A DNA stretch of 63,857 nucleotides, filler included, from Conidiobolus incongruus B7586 (lineage: Eukaryota), in the NCBI GenBank assembly GCA_000697335.1. It is 5 parts of 5 records of this genome, joined end to end, with 100 filler letters (N's around TTAATTAATTAA, not from the genome) between each part and the next. Parts side by side here need not be neighbours in the genome. Positions count along the whole stretch, not along the records: positions 1 to 15,353 come from JNEM01006120.1; 4 more parts are not named here. One strand, given 5' to 3'. How positions within the stretch are numbered: position 1 is the first letter of the stretch; each line of letters starts with the position of its first letter. Below are positions 1 through 12,649 of this stretch, piece after piece. A program made the position numbers and the translations under genes. The notes beneath the pieces are model-generated. The model was not told the origin of the DNA. It searched no databases and saw nothing but the letters and a program-made list of their open reading frames with translations.

Positions 1-2
1 GT

Positions 3-509
3 CACGATCTCAGTTTGAAATTCTATCAACGTATGGCTAACACCTGTCTCGAATTATTTGGTGAAAATCACTTAGCTTTGGCTCAAGCTTACTCTGCTAT
101 CGCTAAGAACCATGCTTTAACCAGCGATTTCAAGCAAGCTCTCCAATACGAAAAGAAGGCTTACAACATCTACTCCAGCACCTTGGGAGAAGAAAATGAA
201 GCCACCCAAAGATCCTCCAAGTGGTTATCTGATTTCACTTACCACGCCGTCAATGTTGCCAAGCAAGAACAATTGCTCGGATCTGCCAAGTTCCAACAAT
301 TAAAGGACAAGGCCCAAAAAGAAATGGAACTCCAACTCCAAGGTATCAAAAACTTGGATGAAGTCCCTGCCTCCTCCAAGGGACATTTGCCTATTGACCA
401 ACTCGTCAAGTTCATCAACGACGATTCCCACAAGAAGACCAAGAGCAGCCGTCGTAGTCGCGCCGCCAAGCGTAAGGTAGTTGTTCCCGAAACTTCTGAA
501 TCCTCTTAA
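3..509 (+). CDS. CLU1: Clustered mitochondria protein (Clu1/Tif31), C-terminal TPR region; 5'-partial
   Basis: Frame is open from the window edge. TPR-like repeats (FGENHLALAQAYSAIAK, FKQALQYEKKAYNIYSSTLGEENEAT) and the C-terminal GHLPIDQLVKFIN motif with a basic tail are typical of Clu1. Confidence 0.85.
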   Translation, partial: HDLSLKFYQRMANTCLELFGENHLALAQAYSAIAKNHALTSDFKQALQYEKKAYNIYSSTLGEENEATQRSSKWLSDFTYHAVNVAKQEQLLGSAKFQQLKDKAQKEMELQLQGIKNLDEVPASSKGHLPIDQLVKFINDDSHKKTKSSRRSRAAKRKVVVPETSESS

Positions 510-1225
510 CCCCACTGCTCCCCAATTCTCAACCATCTTCAATTCACCATTAATTACAAATCCGACTGTATTTATCCCTAAGCTCTCTTTAACCTTTCTC
601 ATTCAAGTTTCTTTTCATGAAAGTTTAATTTATTTTTAGATAATTCCTTTATTATCTAATTTTGTTATTAAAAATTTTAAGTTTGTTATTCATATTAGAG
701 CTTTCAATAAAAAAATTTTTAAATTTAATATTTTTGTTTAATGAGTTTTTAATTAATTTTTGAATAGATTTAATTTGCTGTAGATAATTTATTAGAAAAT
801 TATCAAAAAGCTTGAAATATGAGGGTTTTAATTGATATTAAACAATCTTAATAAAGATATCAATCTCCTTGTTTTCTTACAAATCACCCAAATTCAATTG
901 TTTTTAATCCCATAAATGTGAAAAATATAATCTATCTATAAAAAGATAAGGTTTGAATTTGATCTCATTTTAATACCATAAATTGATTTTCCAAAAATAA
1001 AATTCTCAAAATTGTAATTCACTTAAAATTTAATAATATTAAATTTTCTTTACTAATATTTAATTATAATTATAATTATAATTAATTGAACAATTGATTT
1101 TTTTTCATATTTGAACCACCATTCTCGATTCGATATTGATGATTATGATCCCATATATTAATTTCACAATTATAAAATAACCCAATTTGTTAACCTTGTG
1201 AATTACCACTTAAGATAAATTCCAA

Positions 1226-1815
1226 ATGAAACCGGCACTACAAAGAACTTTAGCCCTAATTAAACCCGATTTATATCGTCAATCCTTATTATTACCTATC
1301 GTATATCAAAAGTTACATGAGAATAATTTTAAAATTATCGAGAGTGAAGTTGTCAAGTGGAATTATTATCAAGCTTCAGAATTTTATAAGGAGCATGAGG
1401 GCAAGTTCTTTTTTGAAAGATTGACAGGATATATGACCAAGTAAGTTCATTGAATCATTATTGTAGTGTTAGTGTTTATATAGTTTGGTAGTGGTCCTTT
1501 TTTGGCCCTAGTACTGGAGAGAGAGAATGCTATTAAGGGTTGGAGAGAATTGATTGGACCTACGCAACCTGATCGGTAATATTATATATTCTAATTTGTC
1601 TATATTGCTACATTCGTTATATTCTGTTATAGTGCTAGGTTACAATCTCCCAATACCTTAAGATCACATTTCGGCTTGACAGATACTCGTAATTCTTTTC
1701 ATGGATCAGGTAATTTTTTAATTCATAATTTGTAATTTATAATATTAATGATAGATTAGATTCCGACGAAAATTTCTTAAAAGAATACCAATTAGTATTC
1801 GGTAAAAATTATTGA
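1226..1815 (+). CDS. Nucleoside diphosphate kinase, NME6-like (4 exons: ~1226-1440, 1491-1575, 1633-1709, 1760-1815)
   Basis: Spliced product reads QRTLALIKPD...FYKEHEGKFFFERL...GPFLALVLERENAIKGWRELIGPT...FGLTDTRNSFHGSD. Catalytic HGSD is present and FGLTDTRN is characteristic of NME6. Introns are GT-AG. Confidence 0.85.
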
Positions 1816-2066
1816 TAATTTTAGTTACGTTAAGATATTTATTGATACGTTAATTAATAATAAATGAACGTGATTATTTGACAGAGTATTATTGATTCTG
1901 TTTATAGAGTTTTCATTACTTCAGATAGTTTGAAAAATTGAAAAAAATATCCCATAATTATTTGATCCATTTCTTATTATATTTATATCAAAATTTTGTG
2001 ACTTTAAAAAAACTCATATATATTTAATGTTTTCAAAATAATTATCACTATACTTTATTAACTATA

Positions 2067-3032
2067 ATGTCACCGATTCCAACAATCCTAAAATTTGGAG
2101 GGTCAATATTAACCGACAAATCTCGAACCAATACATTCAACCCAAATTTCAATATTGATCAAGTGGCTTATAAACTTCTGAATCTATTCAATACGAATGA
2201 ACAATTAATTCTAATTCACGGAGCTGGATCTTTTGGCCATCCTCAAGCTTCTGAGCATGGATTGTTGAGTGTGACCAAGTATTGGGATAATATTGGTGAT
2301 GTAAATTATTTGGAGTTGTTAAAGTGTGAATCAATTAGAGAGTTATCAAATACTACTGTTGAGAATTACTATACTGACGAAGAATTAGAAAGATTTCAGT
2401 TGGGTGGAGATTTAACCCAAGAAGCAGTGAACCTACTTCACGAACATTTCAAACACCATTTAATTAATATCAATTTACCAATTGTGAGTATTCACCCCAG
2501 CGACTATCTCACAAGCGTCAGTGAAATCACTAATGACAAAAGTACAACAATTCAACTCAAAGGTATCCATAACTTACTCAACCATATTCAAAAAATTATC
2601 AACCAACGAAAAATCCCATTGATTCACGGTGATGTTCTCCGAGATAATTTAAACCGTTGCAAAATTATCAGTGGTGATCTAATCTCATATTTATTATGCT
2701 GTCATTTCAAAACTCAATATGATTTGATCGAATCGATCTATTTGACTGATGTTGACGGTGTATTCGACAAAGATCCTAAACGATTTGAAGATGCCGAATT
2801 GATTAAAGTGATTGAAGTGAATGCTACAAGTAGTCATTTGAAGACATTCAAAACTCACAGTGATCACAATAGTTCAGTGAAAGATATTACCGGAAGTATG
2901 TTAGGGAAATTGAAGTGGGCTATTCAAAGTATTAAGGACTGTCAATCAAAATGTCAAGTTAGCGTAATTAATTATCAAAAATTTATTCAACAGAATAATC
3001 AAATTCAAACTATTATTAAATTTAGTAAATAA
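2067..3032 (+). CDS. Isopentenyl phosphate kinase-like protein (amino acid kinase family, IPK/FomA subgroup), intronless
   Basis: Motifs LKFGGSILTDK, IHGAGSFGH (signature His), PLIHGD, IISGD, LTDVDGVFDKDP and DITGSMLGK. Confidence 0.85.
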   Translation: MSPIPTILKFGGSILTDKSRTNTFNPNFNIDQVAYKLLNLFNTNEQLILIHGAGSFGHPQASEHGLLSVTKYWDNIGDVNYLELLKCESIRELSNTTVENYYTDEELERFQLGGDLTQEAVNLLHEHFKHHLININLPIVSIHPSDYLTSVSEITNDKSTTIQLKGIHNLLNHIQKIINQRKIPLIHGDVLRDNLNRCKIISGDLISYLLCCHFKTQYDLIESIYLTDVDGVFDKDPKRFEDAELIKVIEVNATSSHLKTFKTHSDHNSSVKDITGSMLGKLKWAIQSIKDCQSKCQVSVINYQKFIQQNNQIQTIIKFSK

Positions 3033-3099
3033 ATTGTGATTTATTTTTAGTTTATTATATAATTCTATATTATGATAACTAATTTTCCATATATTATAA

Positions 3100-5047
3100 T
3101 TAAAATTTGGTACTTCTAGACAAGTGAGTCTTAATACCAGTCAATTCACCACCATAAGAGCCAGTAGGCTTTTGCACCAATCGAGTAATGGAGCCAAGTT
3201 TCTTGCTGGCTTTCTCGAATTTCTTTCTGTTTTTGACACGAGGATTCCTCTGTTCCTTCTTTCTGCGGGGTGTGAGACCCTTGTTCTTGAGGATTTGATA
3301 CGATGCCAAACGTTTGGTGCCTTCTTCGATGAGGTCGGGATTGTCGAATACACTAAAATTTGTTAGAATACAGCTATTGAAATAGAGTATGATTAATTAC
3401 CTTGGTTCTTTTTGGACAGGTACGCGTTGAGGCTTCTCTTTAGGCTGAGTATCGAACAAGCCAAGATTGTCATTATATTCGTCATCCATACCAGTGGACA
3501 CAGAGCTGGTAATTCTTCTGTTGTTGGGGTCTCTGTAGGGCAAGTCAACATCACCGCTATACTTAGGAATCTTAGCTCTCTTGCTGATGAGTTGGTTGAT
3601 ATGGGAGGCATGGTGCTTTAAGGAGCGTTTCTTGAACTTCTTGTCTTCAGCATCCAATTCGTCTAAGAATTTAGGATCATTGAAATCGGATGAGCTCTGC
3701 TTAGCGATGGCATTTTGACTCTTGGAAAGTTTCTTTCTCAAGCTGGCCAAAGTGGGCTCATGAATGGCCTTCTTGGGTTCTTTGGGTTCTGGAGGAAGTA
3801 CAATAGAATCTAACATAGCATCGTCCAAATCCAAATCGGAGCCGTAGTCGGATTCTGGAAGATCGATTTTAGGAGGAGACTTATTCTTCTTAGATTTCTT
3901 GGATTTTTTAGTTTTAGTTCCAGTGTTAGCTTTTTTTTCACTTTCTATAAAATAATTAATAAAATGGAATTTGAAATGAATATTTAATATTACCTAAACG
4001 ATCGATTTCTTCATTAACAAGGGAGCAAAGATCAATTTCAGGATCTTCAGATTGTTCCAAAGCATCGACAAGAGTATTCAACTGGACTAAAGTATCTAAG
4101 ACGGGATGTTCTGTAGAGTTGGGAACTTGCTGAGACTTCAAGCTCAAATAATAAGCAACATTGGCAATGTAACACAAAAACAGTTCATATTTGAGGCAGA
4201 AGTGTCTTAATAAGGGGTTTTGATTGATGAAGGATGGCTTCTTCTTTAAACCTCTGATACGTTCAATAATAGGTTGCATAGATTGAGATAAAAATTGTTC
4301 TTTATCTTTCAATTGAGCCATCAATTCAATAACTTCAGGAGCTGATTCTTCGAGCTTTTGCCATGGATCCTGCTCCTCAGTAGGTTCAACCTTAGTAATC
4401 TCTTCCTGATCAGCTGCAAAGTCGACCATTTCCAACTGTTCATTCAACTGAGCAATGAGCTGATTGTCCTCCTCCTCATTCTGAGATTGAGCAAAATTCT
4501 TACCCAGAGTGCCTATGGAAAAATCGACAAAATCCGATTCCTCCATAGTTTCGGTACGTTTCTTTTGAAGTCTCAAAGCTTCTTGTTCTTCTAATTTGGC
4601 ATCTTCATCTTCGTCGACATCGTCACCATCATAGTAGTTGGCACGTTTAGCACCCCAAGTGTCTATTATTCAATCTATTATTTTCAGTTCTTATGAATTC
4701 CATAATATTTTAATACCTTCTTCGTCTTCCTCTTCAGCTTCTTCTTCGTCAGATGTTATATCGTGTTGAATGCCCATAACTTCTTCAACATCCTCTTCAT
4801 AATCTAATTAACCACAAAAATTAATAATTTTTAACACTATAAAATTGGTAAAAAAGGTACCTTCAGATTCACTAGATTCCACCTGCAACTGAGGTTGTCT
4901 ACTTTCGAAGAATTCGTCCTCGGACCCATGTTCCATTTCATCCCAAGTATTGCCCAATGCAATATGGCCGCTCAAATCTTGAAAGTCGCGATGAGGCTGA
5001 TTTGCACTAGATTGTACTGATTTTTTATTATGTCTTTTTCTACCCAT
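3100..5047 (-). CDS. SAS10: SSU processome component Sas10/Utp3 (multi-exon)
   Basis: C-terminal Sas10 domain (YQILKNKGLTPRRKKEQRNPRVKNRKKF...YGGELTGIKTHLSRSTKF), central Sas10/C1D region (YYLSLK...HPVLDTL), N-terminal acidic region and WGAKRANYYDGD motif. Confidence 0.92.
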
Positions 5048-5952
5048 TATTTATTCTGATTACTATTGTTCAAAAATTGAATTCAGATAAATTATCTTTT
5101 TAAATTTTTAATTCCGGTATTTTATTTATGGGACGATTATATTTTGTGACAAATTATTTGAAAATGCTCAAATTAATTTGATAATCATTTATCATTTCGA
5201 AAATGCCAATAATTCAATTAGTATTGCAAAGTTTTGTAATTTCACTTTAATATAATGATTCCTTTTCAGATACTCATTATCTAATTCATTTCATTGCTTT
5301 TGATACATGAATTAAAACTATTCAATAACTTATAAAATTGAAATTTAAAATTCATTTAACTCAGAAGTATACATTATAAACATTTACATTACAAAAATAT
5401 TATCCCAATTCATCTCCAATTCCAAATTTAATTATATCAAAATTAGAGTATAACACTCATATTTATAAAATTAATATTGCTCAATCAAATTATTATTATT
5501 ATCATGATAAATTGAAATATGATAAATTGGATATAGTTATAAATTTTTTATAAAAATTATGGAATTTAAGAATGTTAATATTAATAATCACTTGATTATA
5601 TGATATTAAAACTAAAAGGCTATGATAATACAATTAATTAATTATTGATTTTGAAAATTAAATCTATATATTGATGATAAATATTACAAATCATTGAGCC
5701 TAGAAATAAATTCAATAAAAATTTACTATCTTGACATAAATTGTGAATAAAAATATAATTATAGAGTTAACAATTTGAAAAAATTGAACAAAACACACGA
5801 TTTTGAAGTTCACTGATATAATAGAAATTCCAGCTAATTTATAATATAGCATAGATAAAATTAAAATTGGTTAATATCATATATATATTAATAATAAAAA
5901 ATTATATTGAAATATTTATAAAGTGATAAAAATCGTACTATTAATACTGATA

Positions 5953-6933
5953 TTAAACTCTCTGAGAACCGTAACCGCGGACAGATTCGGCGAAACCCCA
6001 TTCTGTTGGAAGGGAGTAAGGTTCGGAAATTCTAGCACCATCTTTGGTAATGATAGATACTTGAATTTTGTTCAAAGAACGAGCATCTCTGTAGAATAGG
6101 ACTTTCATACACTCTTCAATGATATCTTTGGCTTCTTCTTCGGTTAATTCATTTTCTCGCCCTTCAACCCTGCGTCTTAAAATGGGTTGGGCTAAATGGG
6201 CACCAAATCCGGTTGCTAAGGTTGATGCTTTGTAGGTACTTCCCTTTAAATCGACGCAAGCTAAAAATCTAACAAGATTATCAATATCGATGATGTAAAA
6301 TGGTAATAGCCTGAAATACCTTTCACCCTTATGAACACCACCAACAATATAAGAATTCCACAAGGGATCAACTTTAGAACGTCTGTTATACATAATTCTA
6401 CATAAGTATTCATAAATATGAGGAGCTCCCAAAACATGGCCATCATCGTAATAGTTTTCTTCAATCCTACCAAAAACATTAGTATCATTGAAATAGTAAA
6501 TAATAATGGTAATACATTAATTGGTCCATTAAATGTTGAACATATTGAAAATCTGACATATCGCCACCAGCTCCCAAAATAGTATGTGTACCTACTGGAT
6601 GCATACGACGTTCATCGCGGAATCGAGCCAATGAACCGTAAGAAGCTAAAGTAATATCAATTAATACTTAAGTCGAAATTCAACTAATATATTTCATTTA
6701 TAATACCTAAGCAATCGGTAGCCATCATAATACCGTCCTTGAATGTTAGACCGATAACGGAAGTACCGGTCACAATAGGTTGCCTATTATCGAATAAATA
6801 TTAGCTGAATATCTAGTATACTGTAAAATTAAGATTACTGAGTGTGAGTATTGGGTAAGTGAGCCAATTGACCAGGAGTATAATCGGGATTATAGGCTGT
6901 AATAGTTTGGTTAAAACCCGAATTTTCAAACAT
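5953..6933 (-). CDS. PRE4: 20S proteasome subunit beta type-7 (multi-exon)
   Basis: THT-QPIVTGTSVIGLTFKDGIMMATD, SYGSLARFRDERR, YNRRSKVDPLWN, ATGFGAHLAQPILR, KVLFYRDARS; ATG at 6933. Confidence 0.95.
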
Positions 6934-7361
6934 TTTACTAAAATTAAATTAATATATTGAGTCATTATTATTGAATATTGGTTCTTAAATAATATAATAT
7001 ATTTAAAATTGATTTTTTGTAATAATAAAAATTTGGATTACATTATTTAAATAAATGATATTTTTCAATAATAAAGTATAAATTGAATTTGATCATTACG
7101 TAGGCATTCAATTTATAAGTGTGGTTATCCCATAATAATTGAATGGATTGATTATATAATTAGATGGAATTAGTGAATTATTTGAATAGTGAAATTGAAT
7201 ATTTTTATTAATATAATACATTTTTACTTGTATATTCAATATTAGTATCAATATAATAACAATTATGTATTTTTAAAAACTGATGTATGTTGTAACATTT
7301 ATTTAATGTATTCAATTACTTCGTTATTTAATCAATTTTACGTTTTCACCACTTGATTGAT

Positions 7362-10191
7362 TTATTGGATGAATTCAACAATATTGGAATTAATCAAAAA
7401 GCCTTTTAAAAATCCTTGATGATGCTCTAAAAAGTTTCCGTTCATCATCACATCGTAAATGCTTCTAATCGCATTGACCAAGGACTGTTTTAAGATATTT
7501 ACTTTGTGAGATTGTAGTTTGAATAAAAGTAGCGAGTGATTGCATAAGACACCCAGTTGGTAGGATTGATCATATGTCAGATTGGAGGAAATACTCATCA
7601 ATGAAGGCAAAATATCGTTCAGTAAAATGGTAATTAATTCAGGTTCTCTACCATCGATCATATTTAACGATATTATAAATGATAGTATATCAACTAAAAT
7701 TAAAGTTAATATACAATATAAATAAAATAATACTCTATTATTTACCGCTATTAACGTCATTTTGATATAAATTAGCAATAGAAATTAATGCCTAATAAAA
7801 ATGGGATTTAACAAAGTGATTTTTTATATTATAAATCGTTAATTACCTCAATTAAAGAATTTAAAAATTCGTTTGGTTGGGAGAGGTGATAAGCGTTAAT
7901 AAACATTTCTAAATTCAAGCCTTGAGGATAAATAAAGTCCCAGTCATCTACCAATGAAGCGATTTGATATCTTCCGGAATGAGTGAAATATTCCAGAATT
8001 TTTTTAACGTATTGAATGTTGGATTTGGGATGTTGGAATATTTTGGGACGTGAAATGGGTATTGTTAAAGTTTTTAAATTGGGCTGTAAATAAGCGACGG
8101 ATTTGAACTTGTAGAAAAGTGTATTTAAAATTGGCCAGAATTTAGAAATACTGAATTTTAAGAGATGTTTGGGAAATTGTTCATTGGTAAGAATTAATAC
8201 CGCTAATTTAATACTGTTTTCTGATGCTGTTACATTTTGATTTGTAATAGCAGTATTCAATAATGTATGAATACTTATTAGTAATGTATATTGATATTCT
8301 GGTTCGGTGAGTTTGATTAGAGCTTTTTCAACTCTTTCTAGATTAGAGTTGGTATCTGTCGAAAATGTGTTTATCATTTGAGTCAATAAATTGGGGATTA
8401 TTTGGGAGATATTTCCAGGAGTCAGTATTCTAAAATATAATTAACAAAGGATGATTATTTTATATTGATAATATTTACTTGAATTGGTCATGAGAAAAAC
8501 ATGACTGAAGGAAGGCTTCAACAACCTGAGGAATGATATTGATATTAGGAACCTGGCTAGATCCAGCTGTTGAATTATTAAAAGTAAAGGAGAGTGAAGA
8601 TAATATCATAGAGTTTGATTGCACGAATTTAACCAACTATATTCAAGTTAATATTTTGTATTATAAACACAAAACATTATATTTACTTTAAATCTCTGTA
8701 CACATAAGACTATTAGCCCAAAAACTGAGCTGTAAGCTTTGGAATAATTGGAAAAATCCTCTAAATGTAAGAGATTAAAATCGAACTTAAAATAATAGTG
8801 ATGATTGATTGTACCTTTAGGAAATTTCAAATTGGTCCATCGGTTGAAATTTTCAATAATAACTTGAATCCAAAGTGATGGGGGTTGAAATTGTGAAATA
8901 AGTTCCAAATAATGAGGATTGGTTATGATGCTTTCACAAAATGCCCCTAATAAGATGGGATTCTGAGATGTAACTTGAATAAGCTAAAAAGTAATTAGTA
9001 CAATATATATGTGAAATATAATAAATTTAATACATTCGGAATTTGCTGTGTTATAGTATATTGATGACTTGGGTATTCAATAAATAATCCGCTCAATGAT
9101 TTTAACTTTTCAATGTCTGGCGACTTGAGAGCGTCATTGATGAGCTGACTGGCATTCTGGTAAATATATATTAGAATATTTTAATAGAAGTGAAAAATTA
9201 ATAAAATTACATTTGGGATTGATAATGATAAATAAGACTTCAATATTTGAGCACTTGGATTAAACTCTAAGATTTCCATATTAACTAATTGATGAGAAAC
9301 TATTGTCTCTAGTATATTAGTCAAAATTGGTACTCTAGTTAAAATATAGATTTAATTCTCCGAAATCAAAGAAATGTAGAACTATTACCTTATTTGATCA
9401 GATCCTTCTTTCCAGGGGTTTAAATTATCGCATACATTTAAGAGATCTGTGAGATTTGAAATCTTGATCAAAGCATGAATCATACTAGGAGCCTGATATC
9501 ATTGATAATTAATATACATATTATTGATTCAAATATAATCATTACTTCTACACCATCCAAATTATTACTTGAAGTATGATCACAAACTCCATTCAAGTGT
9601 AATTGATAAAGGATATAGGGTGCCTAAATAATCCAAATTAAAAACAATGACATCGAATTCAAAATAATTAAACTAGCCTTAGAAACAGTCATCAGCCACC
9701 AAAATTTACTTTCATAATTTAATAATTCCAATCTTTTTGAAATATCCTCAGGATTTTGATTTAAACAGTTAGAATTCTTTAATTCTAAAGCTTTTTGTCT
9801 ATTCTTCAAAGTTTCAGCTAATATAAATAAGACAGAATAAATTAATTGATAATAAACTTCGTAAGATTTTAAATTCTATAATTATCATTAATTATTAATT
9901 ATATAGAAAATTGTATTTATATTACTTTTAATTGAATTATTTTCTTTAAATAATCGATATAATCTTGATGTCTATAATTGGAATCATTTAATTTCTAAAA
10001 TTTTAAATTAGTATATTAAAATTATAGATTATTATTTAAATATTACCATCCAATGCCACCAAAGTAAAAATAATAGCTCTGGATACGGTTTGATACTATT
10101 AATCGAATGCTCTGGATGTATATTCAACATTTGGCAACCAAGCTCATTTTGAAGAAAATAAACTAAGTTAAAATCTTTATTTGCTAACATG
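7362..10191 (-). CDS. Divergent multi-exon helical protein, possibly Mediator subunit Med5; 5' end uncertain
   Basis: A series of minus-strand ORF segments separated by short GT-AG introns. EDFSNYSKAYSSVFGLIVLCVQRF and VEKALIKLTEPEYQYTLL loosely resemble fungal Med5 motifs as I recall them. Confidence 0.4.
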
Positions 10192-12649
10192 ATCAAAAAG
10201 TTGAATTGGTATAGATGTTATTATTTTATGATTAGTTTTAACAGCATCAACTATTTTAAAGCATTGACGTTTTTTAACTTGGACTGGGTGGAAATAATGT
10301 TTAATTTATCACAATCCAATTTATAAATTGTGGGATCTAAAATATCTAGTTAATTTTAAATCAATATTAAACAATATATTTACAATAGTGATATTTTCAA
10401 ATATAAAAATCCAGTGTTGGCTCAATATATTTATCATACAATTATTAATAATATTTCAGTTTGTAAATGTTATATGCCTTGGCTTATTGGAAAAAAATAT
10501 AATATAACTAAAATTTTAAATATTTAATATTTACTGAAAATTTGTTGTTATTAACTTTATATTTGATGTAATTCACAAGTTATTATTTTTTTAATTGAAA
10601 ATTCACTAGAGATATGAGATAACAATATATCAGAATTGGTGTAATTAAAGAGAATAATAATGTCAATTAGCATTAAATTCAATATCAATTACTCTAAAAT
10701 ACTGTTTAATGATAGATGCGTGATATTCAATAATATTTCAAATTTGGTCTTTACATTATTTTATAAAGAATATATTAAATACTTTGACTTAGTCTGATTG
10801 ATATCATTGATAATACAATGCAATAAAAATGTCTTGGCATATATCTTTCATAATTTATTATTAACATTTCATACAATATGTATAAATCAAGTATATTCTT
10901 GTGAAACAGTTTAATTGAAAGATGTAGTCACACTGGTTTATATACAACACAACAATTATTAATATTTATCATTCGAATGAATTATATTAACCAATGCTAT
11001 TTCAAGTTAAATACTCTAAGAATTCCTTAGCTTTACAATTTTTAAATATCGATACTTGAATAATACATTTCAATATTTACTATGATAGATTTAATTTTGT
11101 TTCCAATGATTTTTAGAGTTTTAACTACAAAATAACACAGATTAAATAGTTTATATCCATTATGTTGATATTGAAATTAAGTTTTGAAATATCAATATTA
11201 CAATTGAGTTTAATTAGATAGAATTGAATTGAACAAAAGACTGTAGGCATTAATATAAAAAAATCAAATTGAATTTATCAGATTAGCTCAAAGTAGAAAT
11301 TGATCTAGGTAGAGTTTATTGTATGATCAAATAACACAAATAACAAAGTATTAGGATAAATAGATATATTTCGGCACTTTCAAATAGGTTAAATAATATT
11401 CTAGATGCCCAAATGGCTAAGTTAAAGTTCAATTGCTTGATATAATGGATTGATTAATATATTCAATTATTACAGTTTATCAACAAATATTATTGATGAC
11501 TGTTCTGAATTAATTATGTATCCAATATTTAATAATGTGTCCAAGATATATTCATATTTTCAGACATATTGGTAAAAATGAATTGCCGGCACAGTTATCG
11601 TTTTGATGTAATACCATTACTATGATAAGCCAAGGGTACACAGCTCCTTAATATCCCAACCACATAATAAAGCTGAAAATATCAAAAAATATATTCAATA
11701 TAATCTTTTTTCATTAAATTTTCCATAATACTATAAATAGGATATTGAATCATTATTAACACAGTAATCCTAGTTAATTAGATGATATACTGTTTTAAGG
11801 AATACTTTTAATAATATATTTAGTTAAATATTATATTCTATTAATTAAACACTTCCAAATGTTGACTAATCCTAATTTAATCACGGTTTTGTACTGTAAT
11901 TTGATATCAACTACAATCAATTTTTGTATTCAAATTATCCCTATTTTAAGAACGTGTAGATCTAGACTTAGGATAACATCGCTTACATCTTCTTTGACAC
12001 TCCAAAATTCCTGCATATCCGAATTACCATTTTCCACATGGTCAAGAAGATGCTTCTTAATTTCAAGAAATGTTGAATTTTGATGAGATCATAGCTACAA
12101 ATTTTTTGGTGGATCTTTGAATTTGGATCAAATTTGTTGATATAGGAGACGTGTAACCATTCCAAGAGTTGCAATTGGTTGAAGAAGTTTCCAGTATAGC
12201 GTGGAATTGGGTAACAATTTTGCATGAATGGGAGATAAATTTAAATCTTTTTAGGGCAAAATTGACTCCTTACAAAATATCAAAAAAAACAAAATTAACT
12301 TCATTAGATTTATTGGATAAATTGAATTTGGTCCTTATTAGTTCAATTGAGAATTAACGAAAAGAGATTGGTACTCGAAGGGGGACAGAGATGTGGAGAA
12401 GAGATCAATTTGGAAGTAATCTAAAGTTGTAAAAATCTTAACGGTTTTGAATATATAAACTCCATGATTTTCTGATAATCAAGAGCATTAAATATTTTTT
12501 ATATTAATTTCATCCTATTTGGATTTATATTGTCAGTCAACTACATATTAGCTTAACTGACTCATCTTATCTTTCTTTGATTCACTCTGTCAACTCCTGA
12601 TCTTTATCATTTATTAGCTAGTTTCCTAATTTAATTATATTTATTAATT

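Noticed and set aside
239..602. Antisense and alternate-frame ORFs overlapping CLU1 (likewise SAS10, GPD, SRK1, GLN4, ERG10, FAB1)
   Set aside because: Shadow frames of real, codon-biased genes with no protein motifs.
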